From assembly GCA_964451985.1 (NCBI GenBank), contig CAYVKB010000005.1, positions 1 to 57,497 of the forward strand: DNA of 57,497 bases, written 5' to 3'. Source of the stretch: an uncultured Fimbriimonadales bacterium. Its GTDB lineage: Bacteria; Armatimonadota; Fimbriimonadia; Fimbriimonadales; GBS-DC. Of this stretch, positions 1 to 7,995 are shown in pieces; position 1 is the stretch's first letter, and the number at the start of each line of letters is the position of its first letter. Below the pieces are notes generated by a model. That model was not told the origin of the DNA and ran no database searches. It worked only from the letters and a program-made list of their open reading frames with translations. Both the position numbers and the translations under genes were made by a program.

Positions 1-1278
1 ATGCGAGACTACAAACAACTTCAGGCAGAAACTTTAGCGCAAACCATACGCTGGCGCGAGAACTTTAACCCCGACGGCACGCCCAAGCCCCTCAACGATA
101 CGCGCGATACGACCGTTTGGCCCAACGCCGTCAGTAACGCCAACTCGGACGAGTGGATTCCACGCAATCACGACCGTATCCGCCAGATGCGCCCGCGCCT
201 GCTATGCATCAACTTCGTGAATGGCATCGAGCCGGGCAGACCCGAAAAGATTTTCTCAGACCTAATCACCGCGCTGAACGAGAGCACTCGCTACCACGGC
301 TATAAGGACCCGCGCGCCCCGCGCTTTCTGGAATACTCAGTGTGGCGATATGTGGACTTGCAAGACCCCGACGGACCCAAAGGCAGAAATAGTTCCGCCA
401 CGCCGCGCCGCAAAAACCCGCGCCCCGATTTCATTTCGGGCAGCTACGACGGCTTTTTCACGGAAGAGTTCGCCGAGCGCATCGGCGTGCGCGACCCGAA
501 AGACCCGAAACGCTTCCTCACCCTCAAGGAGTTGGTGGACTTGGGGTATGTACATGAGGTTTGGTTCACGGGTGCGGCGGATAACATCGTGAGCTGGCTG
601 GAGTGCGTGGAAATCAAGCCGATGTATGACGAGAACTTTCGGCGCATTCCAGGCAAGTACGCACAGGCGGGCAACGGGGGCGACCCCGAACAACGGTTCA
701 TCGGACGCTCGCTGCGCCTGAACATGCTGAACTACGAGCGCGGTATCGGCTGCGGGATGGAGAACCTTGGACACGCGTTGGAAGGCACAGCCCACAGCAA
801 CTGCATCCCCTACTTCCGCAAGTATTTTTATGAGTACGCGATGTTCGACTTAGATACGCGCTTCGGGCTGCCGTTCAACTCCTACTACTACCTGTGGGGC
901 GAGGACAAGGGCGTTGAGTATCCCGATGAGCGCACTGCGATTGTGCGCGACGGCGACCGACGCTGGACGCTACGCGATTATTATGCGACGGGCGGGAATG
1001 TGCATTTCCCCCCGAACGGGCGTAGGCACTATGACCAGGAGAACACGCAACCCGTACTATCCACAATTGAAGACTGGCGCATCGGCAGCGGGCGCGGGGG
1101 CAAAGACCTGCAAAAGCCATGGACGAACGCCGTGTTGGAGCAATACCGCGACCTCGCGCCCGACTGTATGGGGCGATGGCTGGTCTACTGGCGGCAAAAC
1201 ATGCCAGGCTACCGCAATCGTAGCCGCGATGACTCAGGCAAGCCGATGAAGAACTGGTGGCCGTTCCTGTTTTACTGA
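1..1278 (+). CDS. Conserved hypothetical protein (425 aa) with no recognisable catalytic motif
   Basis: Uninterrupted 425-codon ORF whose composition matches its neighbours. The ATG is at base 1, so the true N-terminus may lie upstream of the window. No signal peptide or TM segment. Ends ...NWWPFLFY. Confidence 0.5.
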   Translation: MRDYKQLQAETLAQTIRWRENFNPDGTPKPLNDTRDTTVWPNAVSNANSDEWIPRNHDRIRQMRPRLLCINFVNGIEPGRPEKIFSDLITALNESTRYHGYKDPRAPRFLEYSVWRYVDLQDPDGPKGRNSSATPRRKNPRPDFISGSYDGFFTEEFAERIGVRDPKDPKRFLTLKELVDLGYVHEVWFTGAADNIVSWLECVEIKPMYDENFRRIPGKYAQAGNGGDPEQRFIGRSLRLNMLNYERGIGCGMENLGHALEGTAHSNCIPYFRKYFYEYAMFDLDTRFGLPFNSYYYLWGEDKGVEYPDERTAIVRDGDRRWTLRDYYATGGNVHFPPNGRRHYDQENTQPVLSTIEDWRIGSGRGGKDLQKPWTNAVLEQYRDLAPDCMGRWLVYWRQNMPGYRNRSRDDSGKPMKNWWPFLFY

Positions 1279-1298
1279 AGGGCGACCCACGCGACAGG

Positions 1299-1304
1299 TA
1301 TACT
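1299..1304 (+). promoter_or_regulatory. -10 box (aGGTATACT), 6 nt upstream of GTG 1311
   Basis: TATACT preceded by GG. No SD between the box and the in-frame GTG. Same architecture as more than 12 other genes in the window. Confidence 0.4.
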
Positions 1305-1310
1305 GAGGCT

Positions 1311-1703
1311 GTGGCGGTTCGGGAGAAGTATGCGCACCTGCCGCCTCTGAAGGGCGATATTGCGCAACGGCTGGAACGCTTGCCAGAGCTGCTAATGCGC
1401 TTGCCTATACGCGCGGCGTACCTATTCGGCTTAGCGGTTGAAAGCCCCCAGCAGAGCGGCGACATCGACCTCGCCATCGTGCCCGATAAGAACTATTCGT
1501 TTACAGAGTTGTACGCGCAACTCTCACGCTTGCTGAACACCGACCGTATCGAACTTGTGGAACTTCCCAGCGCACCGTTCTGGTTGCAACGCGAAATCTT
1601 GCGCACGGGCGTCCGCCTGTACGTGCGTGAACCGCAGCAGGTGGCACAATACGAGGCGGGCGTGCTTGCGCGCTGCGAGGAACAGCAAAGGCACATACAT
1701 TAG
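1311..1703 (+). CDS. Minimal nucleotidyltransferase (Pol-beta superfamily, MNT/MntA-like)
   Basis: Motif LFGLAVESPQQSGDIDLAIV (hG[GS]-x9-13-DhDh pattern, with GL in place of GS), followed by the DRIELVELPSAP...GVRLY tail typical of MNT antitoxin-like proteins. I moved the start from the track's GTG 1257 to GTG 1311, which removes the overlap with the upstream gene and sits behind a -10 box. Confidence 0.7.
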   Translation: MAVREKYAHLPPLKGDIAQRLERLPELLMRLPIRAAYLFGLAVESPQQSGDIDLAIVPDKNYSFTELYAQLSRLLNTDRIELVELPSAPFWLQREILRTGVRLYVREPQQVAQYEAGVLARCEEQQRHIH

Positions 1704-1744
1704 CCAACTGGCTGGACGAACAAGCATCTACGAAGTCTTGGTAG

Positions 1745-1782
1745 AGCGGTTTGCAACCACGCACTCGCGATTGCAAACCGCT
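1745..1782. terminator. 12-bp inverted repeat between convergent genes (bidirectional terminator candidate)
   Basis: AGCGGTTTGCAA (1745-1756) pairs with TTGCAAACCGCT (1771-1782) around a 14-nt loop. It lies between the NTase stop (1703) and the AAA+ stop (1798). Confidence 0.5.
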
Positions 1783-1797
1783 TCTGCAAGCGTTGTT

Positions 1798-3480
1798 TTA
1801 GATAACCGTTCGACGCAAGTCCTCCCCGCCCGCGCCGGGGCGAATCGGCTTCACGCTCGCCACATACTCTGGCTCGTAGTCGATGAGCTTCAACCAATCT
1901 TCCATCACATCGGACTTGGGGAAGATTTCGTTCTCGCGGTATTCCATCTCGATGGCGCGTTTGAGGTCGTCGGGGCGGATGCCGTGTTCCATGTTCGGCT
2001 CCTCGATTGCGCGGCGAATGGCAAGCTCTTTGGCGCGGTCCACGACCGACTTAATCAGCGCGCCGCTGACCATATCGCGCCAGTAGAGCGTCTCCACACC
2101 GCCGTTGCGCAGGTACACCTGCAAGAACTCGGTGTCGGGGGCTTTGCGCCATAGATATTGCACCGTCTGCTCGATTAGGCACTCGCGGGCTTCGGCAGGC
2201 GTGTCGTACTCACGCACAAACTCGGGATCCAGCGGCAGCGTCGGCGTGAGGTAGATACTGAAAATCTCGCGCGTCGCGTCGCGGTCGGGGCGGCGTACCT
2301 TCACCTTGCGGTCGATGCGTCCCGGGCGCAGAATTGCGGGGTCGATGTAATCGGGGCGGTTAGAGGTGAGCATCACCACCACATTCTCCAGACTCACCAA
2401 GCCGTCCATCTCCGCGCAGAACTGTGGTACGACGGTGTTGGAGATGTTCAGCCACCTGCCCGAGCTGCGCGTGCGCAGAATCGACTCCGCCTCATCGATA
2501 AAGATGAATACAAGGTAGCCCTCACGTGCCTTCTCGCGGGCGATGGCGAAAATCTCGCGCACCATCCTCTCCGTCTCACCCAGCCACATGTTCAGAATCT
2601 TGGGACCGTTGATGTACATGAAGTACTCTTTCACGGGCTTGCCGACCTGCTCAGAGTACTGGCGGGTGAGGTTGTAGGCGGTGGCTTTGCCAATCAGCGT
2701 CTTACCGCAGCCGGGCGGACCGTACAGCAGGATGCCCTTCAGCGGCTGCTTCTCGAACTTCTGGAAGATTTCGGGATGCAGCATGGGTAGCTCGATGGTC
2801 TCACGGATGAGCCGAATCGCCTCTTCCTGCCCGCCGATTTGACTCCACTCCAGCGGCGGCACCTCCTCGAAGTAGTAGTCGCGCACTTCCTGGTGGGGGA
2901 TATGCTCAATCGCGACTTTGAAGTTGGGTTCGAGGCGCACCTCGTCGCCGGGCTTTATCAGAACCTCCGACAGGTCGGTGGAGCGGAACACGATGCGCGA
3001 GGTCATGCCTTGTGGGTCTGCCCCCACGCGCAGGCGATCGCCCTCCAGCACCTCCTGCACTTTCACAATAGGTCCCGCAGGGTGATAGCCCAAATCGCCA
3101 ATCACGGCAAACGCCTCGTTGACCTTCACGCGCGTGCCCACTTTGAATTCGGGGTTCTCTAGCTTGGGGTCGATGTTGGCGTAGTATTCGCTGTCGCCCA
3201 GCGCGACCATCGCGACGCCCTCATCGGGTCGGTCAAGGAACACGCCGATGCGGTTCGCAGGGCTGGTCAGTTTCTGATACGCCTCCTCGTACTCCTGAAT
3301 CGCCTGAATTGCCTCTTGCATCTGCTGCTCGTCCACCTCTAACTGGTGTTGGAGCAGGCGCAGCATTTGGCGCAGGCGCAGGTCGTCGCGAGGAGCGATA
3401 CGCATAATCTCTTCGAGAATCGCCAGAGCGCGGATTTGTGTCTCGGGCAACTCAAACTCGTCTTCATAACGCCGTGCCAT
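1798..3480 (-). CDS. AAA+ ATPase of the ARC/Mpa (proteasome-associated ATPase) family
   Basis: N-terminal coiled coil (LQHQLEVDEQQMQEAIQAIQEYEEAYQKL) followed by two OB-like segments. Then EEVPPLEWSQIGGQEEAIRLIRETIELPMLHPEIF, Walker A GILLYGPPGCGKTLIGKA, Walker B LVFIFIDEAES, and SNRPDYIDPAILRPGRIDRKVKV. A GAGGAGG SD sits 9 nt upstream of ATG 3480. Confidence 0.85.
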   Translation of the reverse strand: MARRYEDEFELPETQIRALAILEEIMRIAPRDDLRLRQMLRLLQHQLEVDEQQMQEAIQAIQEYEEAYQKLTSPANRIGVFLDRPDEGVAMVALGDSEYYANIDPKLENPEFKVGTRVKVNEAFAVIGDLGYHPAGPIVKVQEVLEGDRLRVGADPQGMTSRIVFRSTDLSEVLIKPGDEVRLEPNFKVAIEHIPHQEVRDYYFEEVPPLEWSQIGGQEEAIRLIRETIELPMLHPEIFQKFEKQPLKGILLYGPPGCGKTLIGKATAYNLTRQYSEQVGKPVKEYFMYINGPKILNMWLGETERMVREIFAIAREKAREGYLVFIFIDEAESILRTRSSGRWLNISNTVVPQFCAEMDGLVSLENVVVMLTSNRPDYIDPAILRPGRIDRKVKVRRPDRDATREIFSIYLTPTLPLDPEFVREYDTPAEARECLIEQTVQYLWRKAPDTEFLQVYLRNGGVETLYWRDMVSGALIKSVVDRAKELAIRRAIEEPNMEHGIRPDDLKRAIEMEYRENEIFPKSDVMEDWLKLIDYEPEYVASVKPIRPGAGGEDLRRTVI

Positions 3481-3506
3481 TCAGATAAGACCTCCTCACC
3501 ATGATA

Positions 3507-3839
3507 CTACTCCAATTGTACCTCAAAGGTTGCAGAGTCGGCGACCTGTTCGGGGGTCATTTGCACGCGCCCGTCGGGGGTGAACTGCACACCCTCCTGC
3601 TGCAGGTAGGATTTTTGCAGTTGGGCGAGCATCGGGTCGCGCTTGTGGATGCGCAGGCTACCGTCGCTGCCCACCACGCGCCACCAAGGGACGTCATCCT
3701 CTAACGCCCCTGCCATAATCCGTCCCACCTGACGCGCCGTGAGTGGCGGACAGCACGCCGCCACCTGACCGTAGCTCATCACCTTGCCGAATGGTATACG
3801 GCGAACGAGGGCGTAGACACACTCTACGCAGTTGCACAC
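3507..3839 (-). CDS. Alkyltransferase-like (ATL) protein: MGMT/Ogt DNA-binding domain lacking the acceptor cysteine
   Basis: IPFGKVMSYGQVAA...ARQVGRIMAG...VPWWRVVGSDGSL. The PCHRV active-site motif is replaced by PWWRV. At 110 aa there is no N-terminal Ada/Ogt domain. Confidence 0.75.
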   Translation of the reverse strand: MCNCVECVYALVRRIPFGKVMSYGQVAACCPPLTARQVGRIMAGALEDDVPWWRVVGSDGSLRIHKRDPMLAQLQKSYLQQEGVQFTPDGRVQMTPEQVADSATFEVQLE

Positions 3840-3845
3840 GGAGGA

Positions 3846-3851
3846 AATATA
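3846..3851 (-). promoter_or_regulatory. -10 box (GGTATATT), 6 nt upstream of the ATL GTG start
   Basis: The minus strand reads agtaGGTATATTtcctccGTG. Confidence 0.4.
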
Positions 3852-4065
3852 CCTACTAACAAGTCCCGCCTGCGCACGGATTGTCTACAAAGAAGCTGTA
3901 CCTTGATTCCTTAGGGAATGGTTAATGCTGCGGAGTTTACACACCTGCAATTTTCCTGATGGAGAAAATATCAGTTTTTTTCCAAAAAACGCCAAATGGC
4001 ATAGAAATTGCTTTTTATACAGCAGTGCGCATACGAATGCGCCTCGGTGAAACGGAGGAACTATC

Positions 4066-4710
4066 ATGAAACGGCTACTAACATCGCTTGGAGTTATGGC
4101 AATTGCGGCGAGCGCGTTCGCCTCGTGGAACGTGACGATTCTGAACAGCAATGGCGCGCTTTTTTCGCCTTACACGCCGATTACGGTGCCGACGCTCGTG
4201 CAGAGCAATCCGGTTCCGCAGATTACTTTTATGACCGCCATCGCTACGCCCAACCCGCTGATGGTGGGGCTGGGTACAGGCTTCAGCAACGGCAGCTTCT
4301 TAGGACAATACACCATCAATGACCCGACCAATACGAAGCCGCTCCTAAACGGTTTTAACTTCGTGATTGCTGGTTTCGTGTACGATTTCGGCGCGATTAA
4401 CTGGTTCAAGAAGGTCGTGCGCAACTCGGACAACACGATTCTGTGGCAAGGTAGCGGTTCATTCTTGGGTGACGGCTATTCAGGCGGTTCTGACGGTGTG
4501 TTCAGCGTAGTGATTCCGGTGTCGCTGTCAGTGCCTGCGAACGATGTGACCGTCTACGAGACCTTCCAGCTGCTGGGAGGGAGCCAACCTGGTTCGGGGG
4601 CGGGACTGCTGTTGGTGGAGCAGGACTGGACTGTCGTGCCTGAGCCTGCAAGCATGATTGCGCTGGCGACGGGGCTGGGCGGGTTGCTGTTGCGTCGTCG
4701 TAAACCTTGA
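4066..4710 (+). CDS. PEP-CTERM sorting-domain secreted protein
   Basis: Signal peptide MKRLLTSLGVMAIAASAFA. C-terminus VPEPASMIALATGLGGLLLRRRKP (PEP motif, TM helix, Arg cluster). GGAGG SD at 4054-4058. Confidence 0.8.
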   Translation: MKRLLTSLGVMAIAASAFASWNVTILNSNGALFSPYTPITVPTLVQSNPVPQITFMTAIATPNPLMVGLGTGFSNGSFLGQYTINDPTNTKPLLNGFNFVIAGFVYDFGAINWFKKVVRNSDNTILWQGSGSFLGDGYSGGSDGVFSVVIPVSLSVPANDVTVYETFQLLGGSQPGSGAGLLLVEQDWTVVPEPASMIALATGLGGLLLRRRKP

Positions 4711-4738
4711 CATCCCTCCTTTCTGCAAGCAACACCTC

Positions 4739-4770
4739 AGGACGGCGCTGCCGCCGTCCTTTTTCTTTTT
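4739..4770 (+). terminator. Rho-independent terminator
   Basis: AGGACGGCG-ctgc-CGCCGTCCT stem (9 bp) followed by TTTTTCTTTTT. Confidence 0.75.
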
Positions 4771-4810
4771 GCACAGGAGAAACCACAGAGTGCGCGAATC
4801 GTCGGATTGT

Positions 4811-6169
4811 ATGATGAAGCAACGCATCTTGTGGGGAATGTTGACACTATGCACCGCCCTGTTCATAGCGGGTTGCGGTGGGGAAACCAAAGTGGGCGTG
4901 GTTTCAGGTACTATCACCGACATCGAGGGCGAGCCAGTGGCAAACGCCGAGGTATTTGTGGCGAACTCGGTGAATAGCCAAACCCGTTCGCTGCATAACG
5001 GCACTTACTACCTCACGAATGTACCCGAGCGGTTCACGGTGATACGCGCCCGCGCGGTGATTAATGGCGTAGAATACACTGGGCAAAATGTGGCGCAGGT
5101 GTTCGAAAACGAGCAGAGCAAAAATGTGAATATCATGATTGCGCCCGTGAGCCGACAGGGAACGATTGAGGGTTTCGTGCGCGATGCGTTCGGCGCAGGA
5201 ATAGAGGGTGCGCGTGTGTTTGCAGGGGGCGCGCTTAGCAGCGCGTTTGCGATTACCGACCGACGCGGGTTCTATCGCATTTCAGGGCTGCCCGCAGGCT
5301 ACGAGTACCCCGTGGTTGCCTCCGCGCCCAATTACGAGAACGACAACCGCACTGCACAAGTGGTTGCAGGGCAGACGACTGTAATCAGTTTCACGCTGAA
5401 CCGCTCCGTCAACCGCCCCGTGCAGACGCCGTTGAATCTGGAGGCGACGGCGTGGACGATGCCCCGTGTGCTGACCGCCACGCGCAGCCCCCGAGAACGC
5501 GACGCCTATAACGCGATTCGTGCCCTGTTCGACGAGAAACCTCGCCAGCGACGCACAATCGCCACGCGCTCTGCAGGCGACTACTGGATTGAAATCGACC
5601 TCAGCTGGGAGTATGAACAGCAGGTGAGCCTGTTGGGCTATGGCATCTATCGCGGGCGCACAATTGACGAGCTGAACCGCAACGCGATTGCCTTCCTGCG
5701 CGACCCGCTGGCAGACTTCTTCGCCGACTTAGACCCCACCCTGCAACCGAATGTGACCTACTTCTACGAAATGGTCGCGCTGAACACAGACTACTTGAAC
5801 GACCTGCCTGGCACGGTTTCTGGGCGCAGCAATCGCGTGAGTGCGCGCCCCTTCGCACCGATAGCCCTCACGCGCCCGTTCGCGAATGAAATCGTGGCTG
5901 ATCTCATCTTACAGTGGACGCCGGTGCCTAACGCTAATTACTATCTGGTGCTGATTTACGACCGCTTCCCCGACTATAACGTCGCGCCGTACTACCCAGC
6001 GGATTTGGGCAACCCCGGCGCGGCAAAGGTATTCGCGCCAGCCACCTCGCTGGTGTATACGGGTCCTGCGCTGGTAAGTGGACGCACCTACTACGCGGTG
6101 GTGATGGCGTTCACTAACGACCGCAACACCCGCGCGATTAGTCAAATCGTGCCGTTTCAGGCGCGATAG
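4811..6169 (+). CDS. Lipoprotein with two carboxypeptidase-regulatory-like (CarboxypepD_reg) domains and Fn3-like C-terminal modules
   Basis: Lipobox MMKQRILWGMLTLCTALFIAGC. Repeats GTITDIEGEPVANAEVFV...NGTYYLTNVP and GFVRDAFGAGIEGARVF...DRRGFYRISGLPAG. The start is trimmed from the track's 4658 to ATG 4811, downstream of the terminator. Confidence 0.7.
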   Translation: MMKQRILWGMLTLCTALFIAGCGGETKVGVVSGTITDIEGEPVANAEVFVANSVNSQTRSLHNGTYYLTNVPERFTVIRARAVINGVEYTGQNVAQVFENEQSKNVNIMIAPVSRQGTIEGFVRDAFGAGIEGARVFAGGALSSAFAITDRRGFYRISGLPAGYEYPVVASAPNYENDNRTAQVVAGQTTVISFTLNRSVNRPVQTPLNLEATAWTMPRVLTATRSPRERDAYNAIRALFDEKPRQRRTIATRSAGDYWIEIDLSWEYEQQVSLLGYGIYRGRTIDELNRNAIAFLRDPLADFFADLDPTLQPNVTYFYEMVALNTDYLNDLPGTVSGRSNRVSARPFAPIALTRPFANEIVADLILQWTPVPNANYYLVLIYDRFPDYNVAPYYPADLGNPGAAKVFAPATSLVYTGPALVSGRTYYAVVMAFTNDRNTRAISQIVPFQAR

Positions 6170-6209
6170 TAGAATGGCACGGACAGTCTTATCCGTTCAT
6201 TCGTTAGCC

Positions 6210-6237
6210 GTAGCACGGACAAGACTGTCCGTGCTAC
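6210..6237. terminator. GTAGCACGGACA-agac-TGTCCGTGCTAC hairpin overlapping the aroA stop codon
   Basis: Perfect 12-bp stem with a 4-nt loop. A third arm, GCACGGACAGTCTT (6177-6190), can pair alternatively with 6221-6234. Lies between convergent genes. Confidence 0.55.
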
Positions 6238-7544
6238 GTATACTCCACCAATTCCTTGAGCAACTGCTCGAACTCCGGGAAGCTGGTCTGTACACACTCT
6301 ACATCGTGAATCACAGTTTCACCGTGAGCGATTAGCCCTGCGACTGCGAGCGTCATGGCGATACGATGGTCGCCGTGGCTCTGCACCTCCGCGCCATGCA
6401 GGGGGGTGAAACCTTGCACGCGCAAGCCGTCAGGCAGTGGCTCAATCTGTGCGCCCATCTTGCGCAGCTCGGTTGCGATGGTTTCGATGCGGTCGGACTC
6501 TTTCACGCGCAGTTCAGCGGCATCGCGGATTTCGGAAATGCCATGCGCTTGTGTAGCAAGCAGTGCGAGGATGGGCACTTCGTCGATAAGGCGAGGCACA
6601 AGCGCGCCGCGAATGCTCATCGCGCCCAGCGGTTGGGGATACACGCGCAGGGTGGAGGTCGGCTCGCCCGCCTGCTCGCTTACATCGTGCCATTCCAAGT
6701 GCGCACCTGCCTGCGCCAACGCCTCCAGCAACCCTGTGCGCGTCGGATTCACCCCCACTTGCTCAATCACCAGATCCGAACCGGGCAGCAGCAGGGCGGC
6801 AGCAATCCAGAAAGCCGCCGATGAGAAGTCGCCCGGCACGGTGAGCCTCTGCCCCTCCAGCCGTTGTCCCCCGCGTAAGCGCACGCGATGCGCCCCTGTC
6901 GTACAAATTTGCGTCTCCAGATCCGCGCCGAAGGCTTGCAACATCCGCTCCGTGTGGTCGCGCGAGAGGGTCGGCTCGGTAACCTCCGTCACGCCCGCGG
7001 CGTTCAGACCTGCCAGCAGAATGCACGATTTGACTTGTGCGCTGGCGACAGGGCTAAGGTGCTTGATTGCCCGCAGCTCGCCCCCGCGAATGGCAAGGGG
7101 CAATCGGCTGGCGGCGTCCCTGCCGTCGATGCGTGCGCCCATGCGCTGCAGAGGCTCCACCACTCGGCGCATCGGGCGTCGGCGCAGCGAGGCGTCGCCC
7201 GTCAGCACGCTGAAAATGGGGTAGGAAGATAGTACGCCTGCCATCAAGCGCGTGGTCGTGCCTGAATTGCCTGCGTCCAGCACTTCAGTCGGCTCAGTCA
7301 GCGTCTCGTCCCCACGCCCGGTAATGCGCCAGTGTTGCTCGCCGACGCGCTCCGCCCCCGCTCCCAGCTGCTGCGCGATGCGTAGCGTGCGCAGGCAATC
7401 GTCCGCCTCCAAAAAGTTCTCAATCTCCGTCGTGCCGTGCGCCAGCAAACCCAAAATCACCGCGCGATGCGTAATCGACTTATCGCCCGGCGGACGCCAC
7501 ACACCCCGCACCCGCCTTGCCGGAGTCATGCGCCAGATTTGCAC
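6234..7544 (-). CDS. aroA: 3-phosphoshikimate 1-carboxyvinyltransferase (EPSP synthase)
   Basis: PGDKSITHRAVILGLLA, LDAGNSGTTTRLMAGVL, RRRPMRRVVEPLQRMGA, KESDRI. The start is either GTG 7544 or ATG 7529. Confidence 0.93.
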   Translation of the reverse strand: MQIWRMTPARRVRGVWRPPGDKSITHRAVILGLLAHGTTEIENFLEADDCLRTLRIAQQLGAGAERVGEQHWRITGRGDETLTEPTEVLDAGNSGTTTRLMAGVLSSYPIFSVLTGDASLRRRPMRRVVEPLQRMGARIDGRDAASRLPLAIRGGELRAIKHLSPVASAQVKSCILLAGLNAAGVTEVTEPTLSRDHTERMLQAFGADLETQICTTGAHRVRLRGGQRLEGQRLTVPGDFSSAAFWIAAALLLPGSDLVIEQVGVNPTRTGLLEALAQAGAHLEWHDVSEQAGEPTSTLRVYPQPLGAMSIRGALVPRLIDEVPILALLATQAHGISEIRDAAELRVKESDRIETIATELRKMGAQIEPLPDGLRVQGFTPLHGAEVQSHGDHRIAMTLAVAGLIAHGETVIHDVECVQTSFPEFEQLLKELVEYT

Positions 7545-7615
7545 AAGGGCAAGAGTACGACAAATAGGAGCAAGTTCCTACCTATACCGAATATTTGGCG
7601 TATCAATTTCCGAAT

Positions 7616-7905
7616 TCACCCCACCATTTGCACAACCAGATGGAGACCATTACGCTGGGGCTGAATAAACCTGACCTGCGTCTTGATAGGGGAGCTCCCC
7701 ATTAAGAGGGTGAATGTCTGATACGAAATTTTGTCCAGTGTAAACTGACTTTGTAGCCACTGGCTCGCTTGTGCTTCTCGCTCGTTGACTTCAGGGATAG
7801 CCTCCAACTCAGGGGGTGGCTTCAGGGTTAGGTTGACGCTTCTCGATGGTATCTCTGGAGTTGCTGCAGGCAATCGCCTTCCAAAATGAGCGTGTGCGGC
7901 GTCAT
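7616..7905 (-). pseudogene. Frameshifted, truncated remnant of a DNA (N6-A/N4-C) methyltransferase N-terminus
   Basis: Frame A (7905-7828) reads MTPHTLILEGDCLQQLQRYH...stop. The overlapping frame B (to 7616) reads ...PEIPSRSVNLTLKPPPELE.... A 1-nt indel would reconstitute GDCLQQLQ-EIPSRSVNLTLKPPP. This mirrors the MTase N-terminal consensus GDCLxxLxxLPxxSVDLIxTDPPY, with DPPY decayed to KPPP. The region is about 45% GC. Confidence 0.4.
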
Positions 7906-7981
7906 CGAGAAGATTCTACCCACCCAAACGCGCCGTTTTTTCGGAGCGGAGTGTAACTTATCTCGTGGGGAGCAGAAACGG

Positions 7982-7987
7982 TATAAT
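7982..7987 (+). promoter_or_regulatory. -10 box (cGGTATAAT), 8 nt upstream of the trpS ATG (leaderless)
   Basis: The sequence reads ggTATAATtccccccgATG with no SD. Confidence 0.55.
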
Positions 7988-7995
7988 TCCCCCCG

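Noticed and set aside
1735-1760. tRNA-like D-loop string (TCTTGGTAGAGCGG).
   Set aside because: There is no acceptor stem, anticodon arm or GTTCGAATC-type T-arm around it. The sequence is simply the 5' arm of the 12-bp terminator hairpin.
1798-3480. Interpretation of the ARC-like ATPase as part of a Pup-proteasome locus.
   Set aside because: No small ORF ending in GGQ/GGE (Pup), no PafA/Dop-like ligase and no 20S alpha/beta genes occur in the window. The ATPase also lacks the C-terminal docking tail. It is kept only as an ARC-family unfoldase.
7906-7995. Possible T-box or attenuator leader upstream of trpS.
   Set aside because: A GGTATAAT box ends 8 nt before the trpS ATG, so the mRNA is probably leaderless. 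I saw no specifier-loop or T-box (AGGGTGGNACCGCG-like) sequence.
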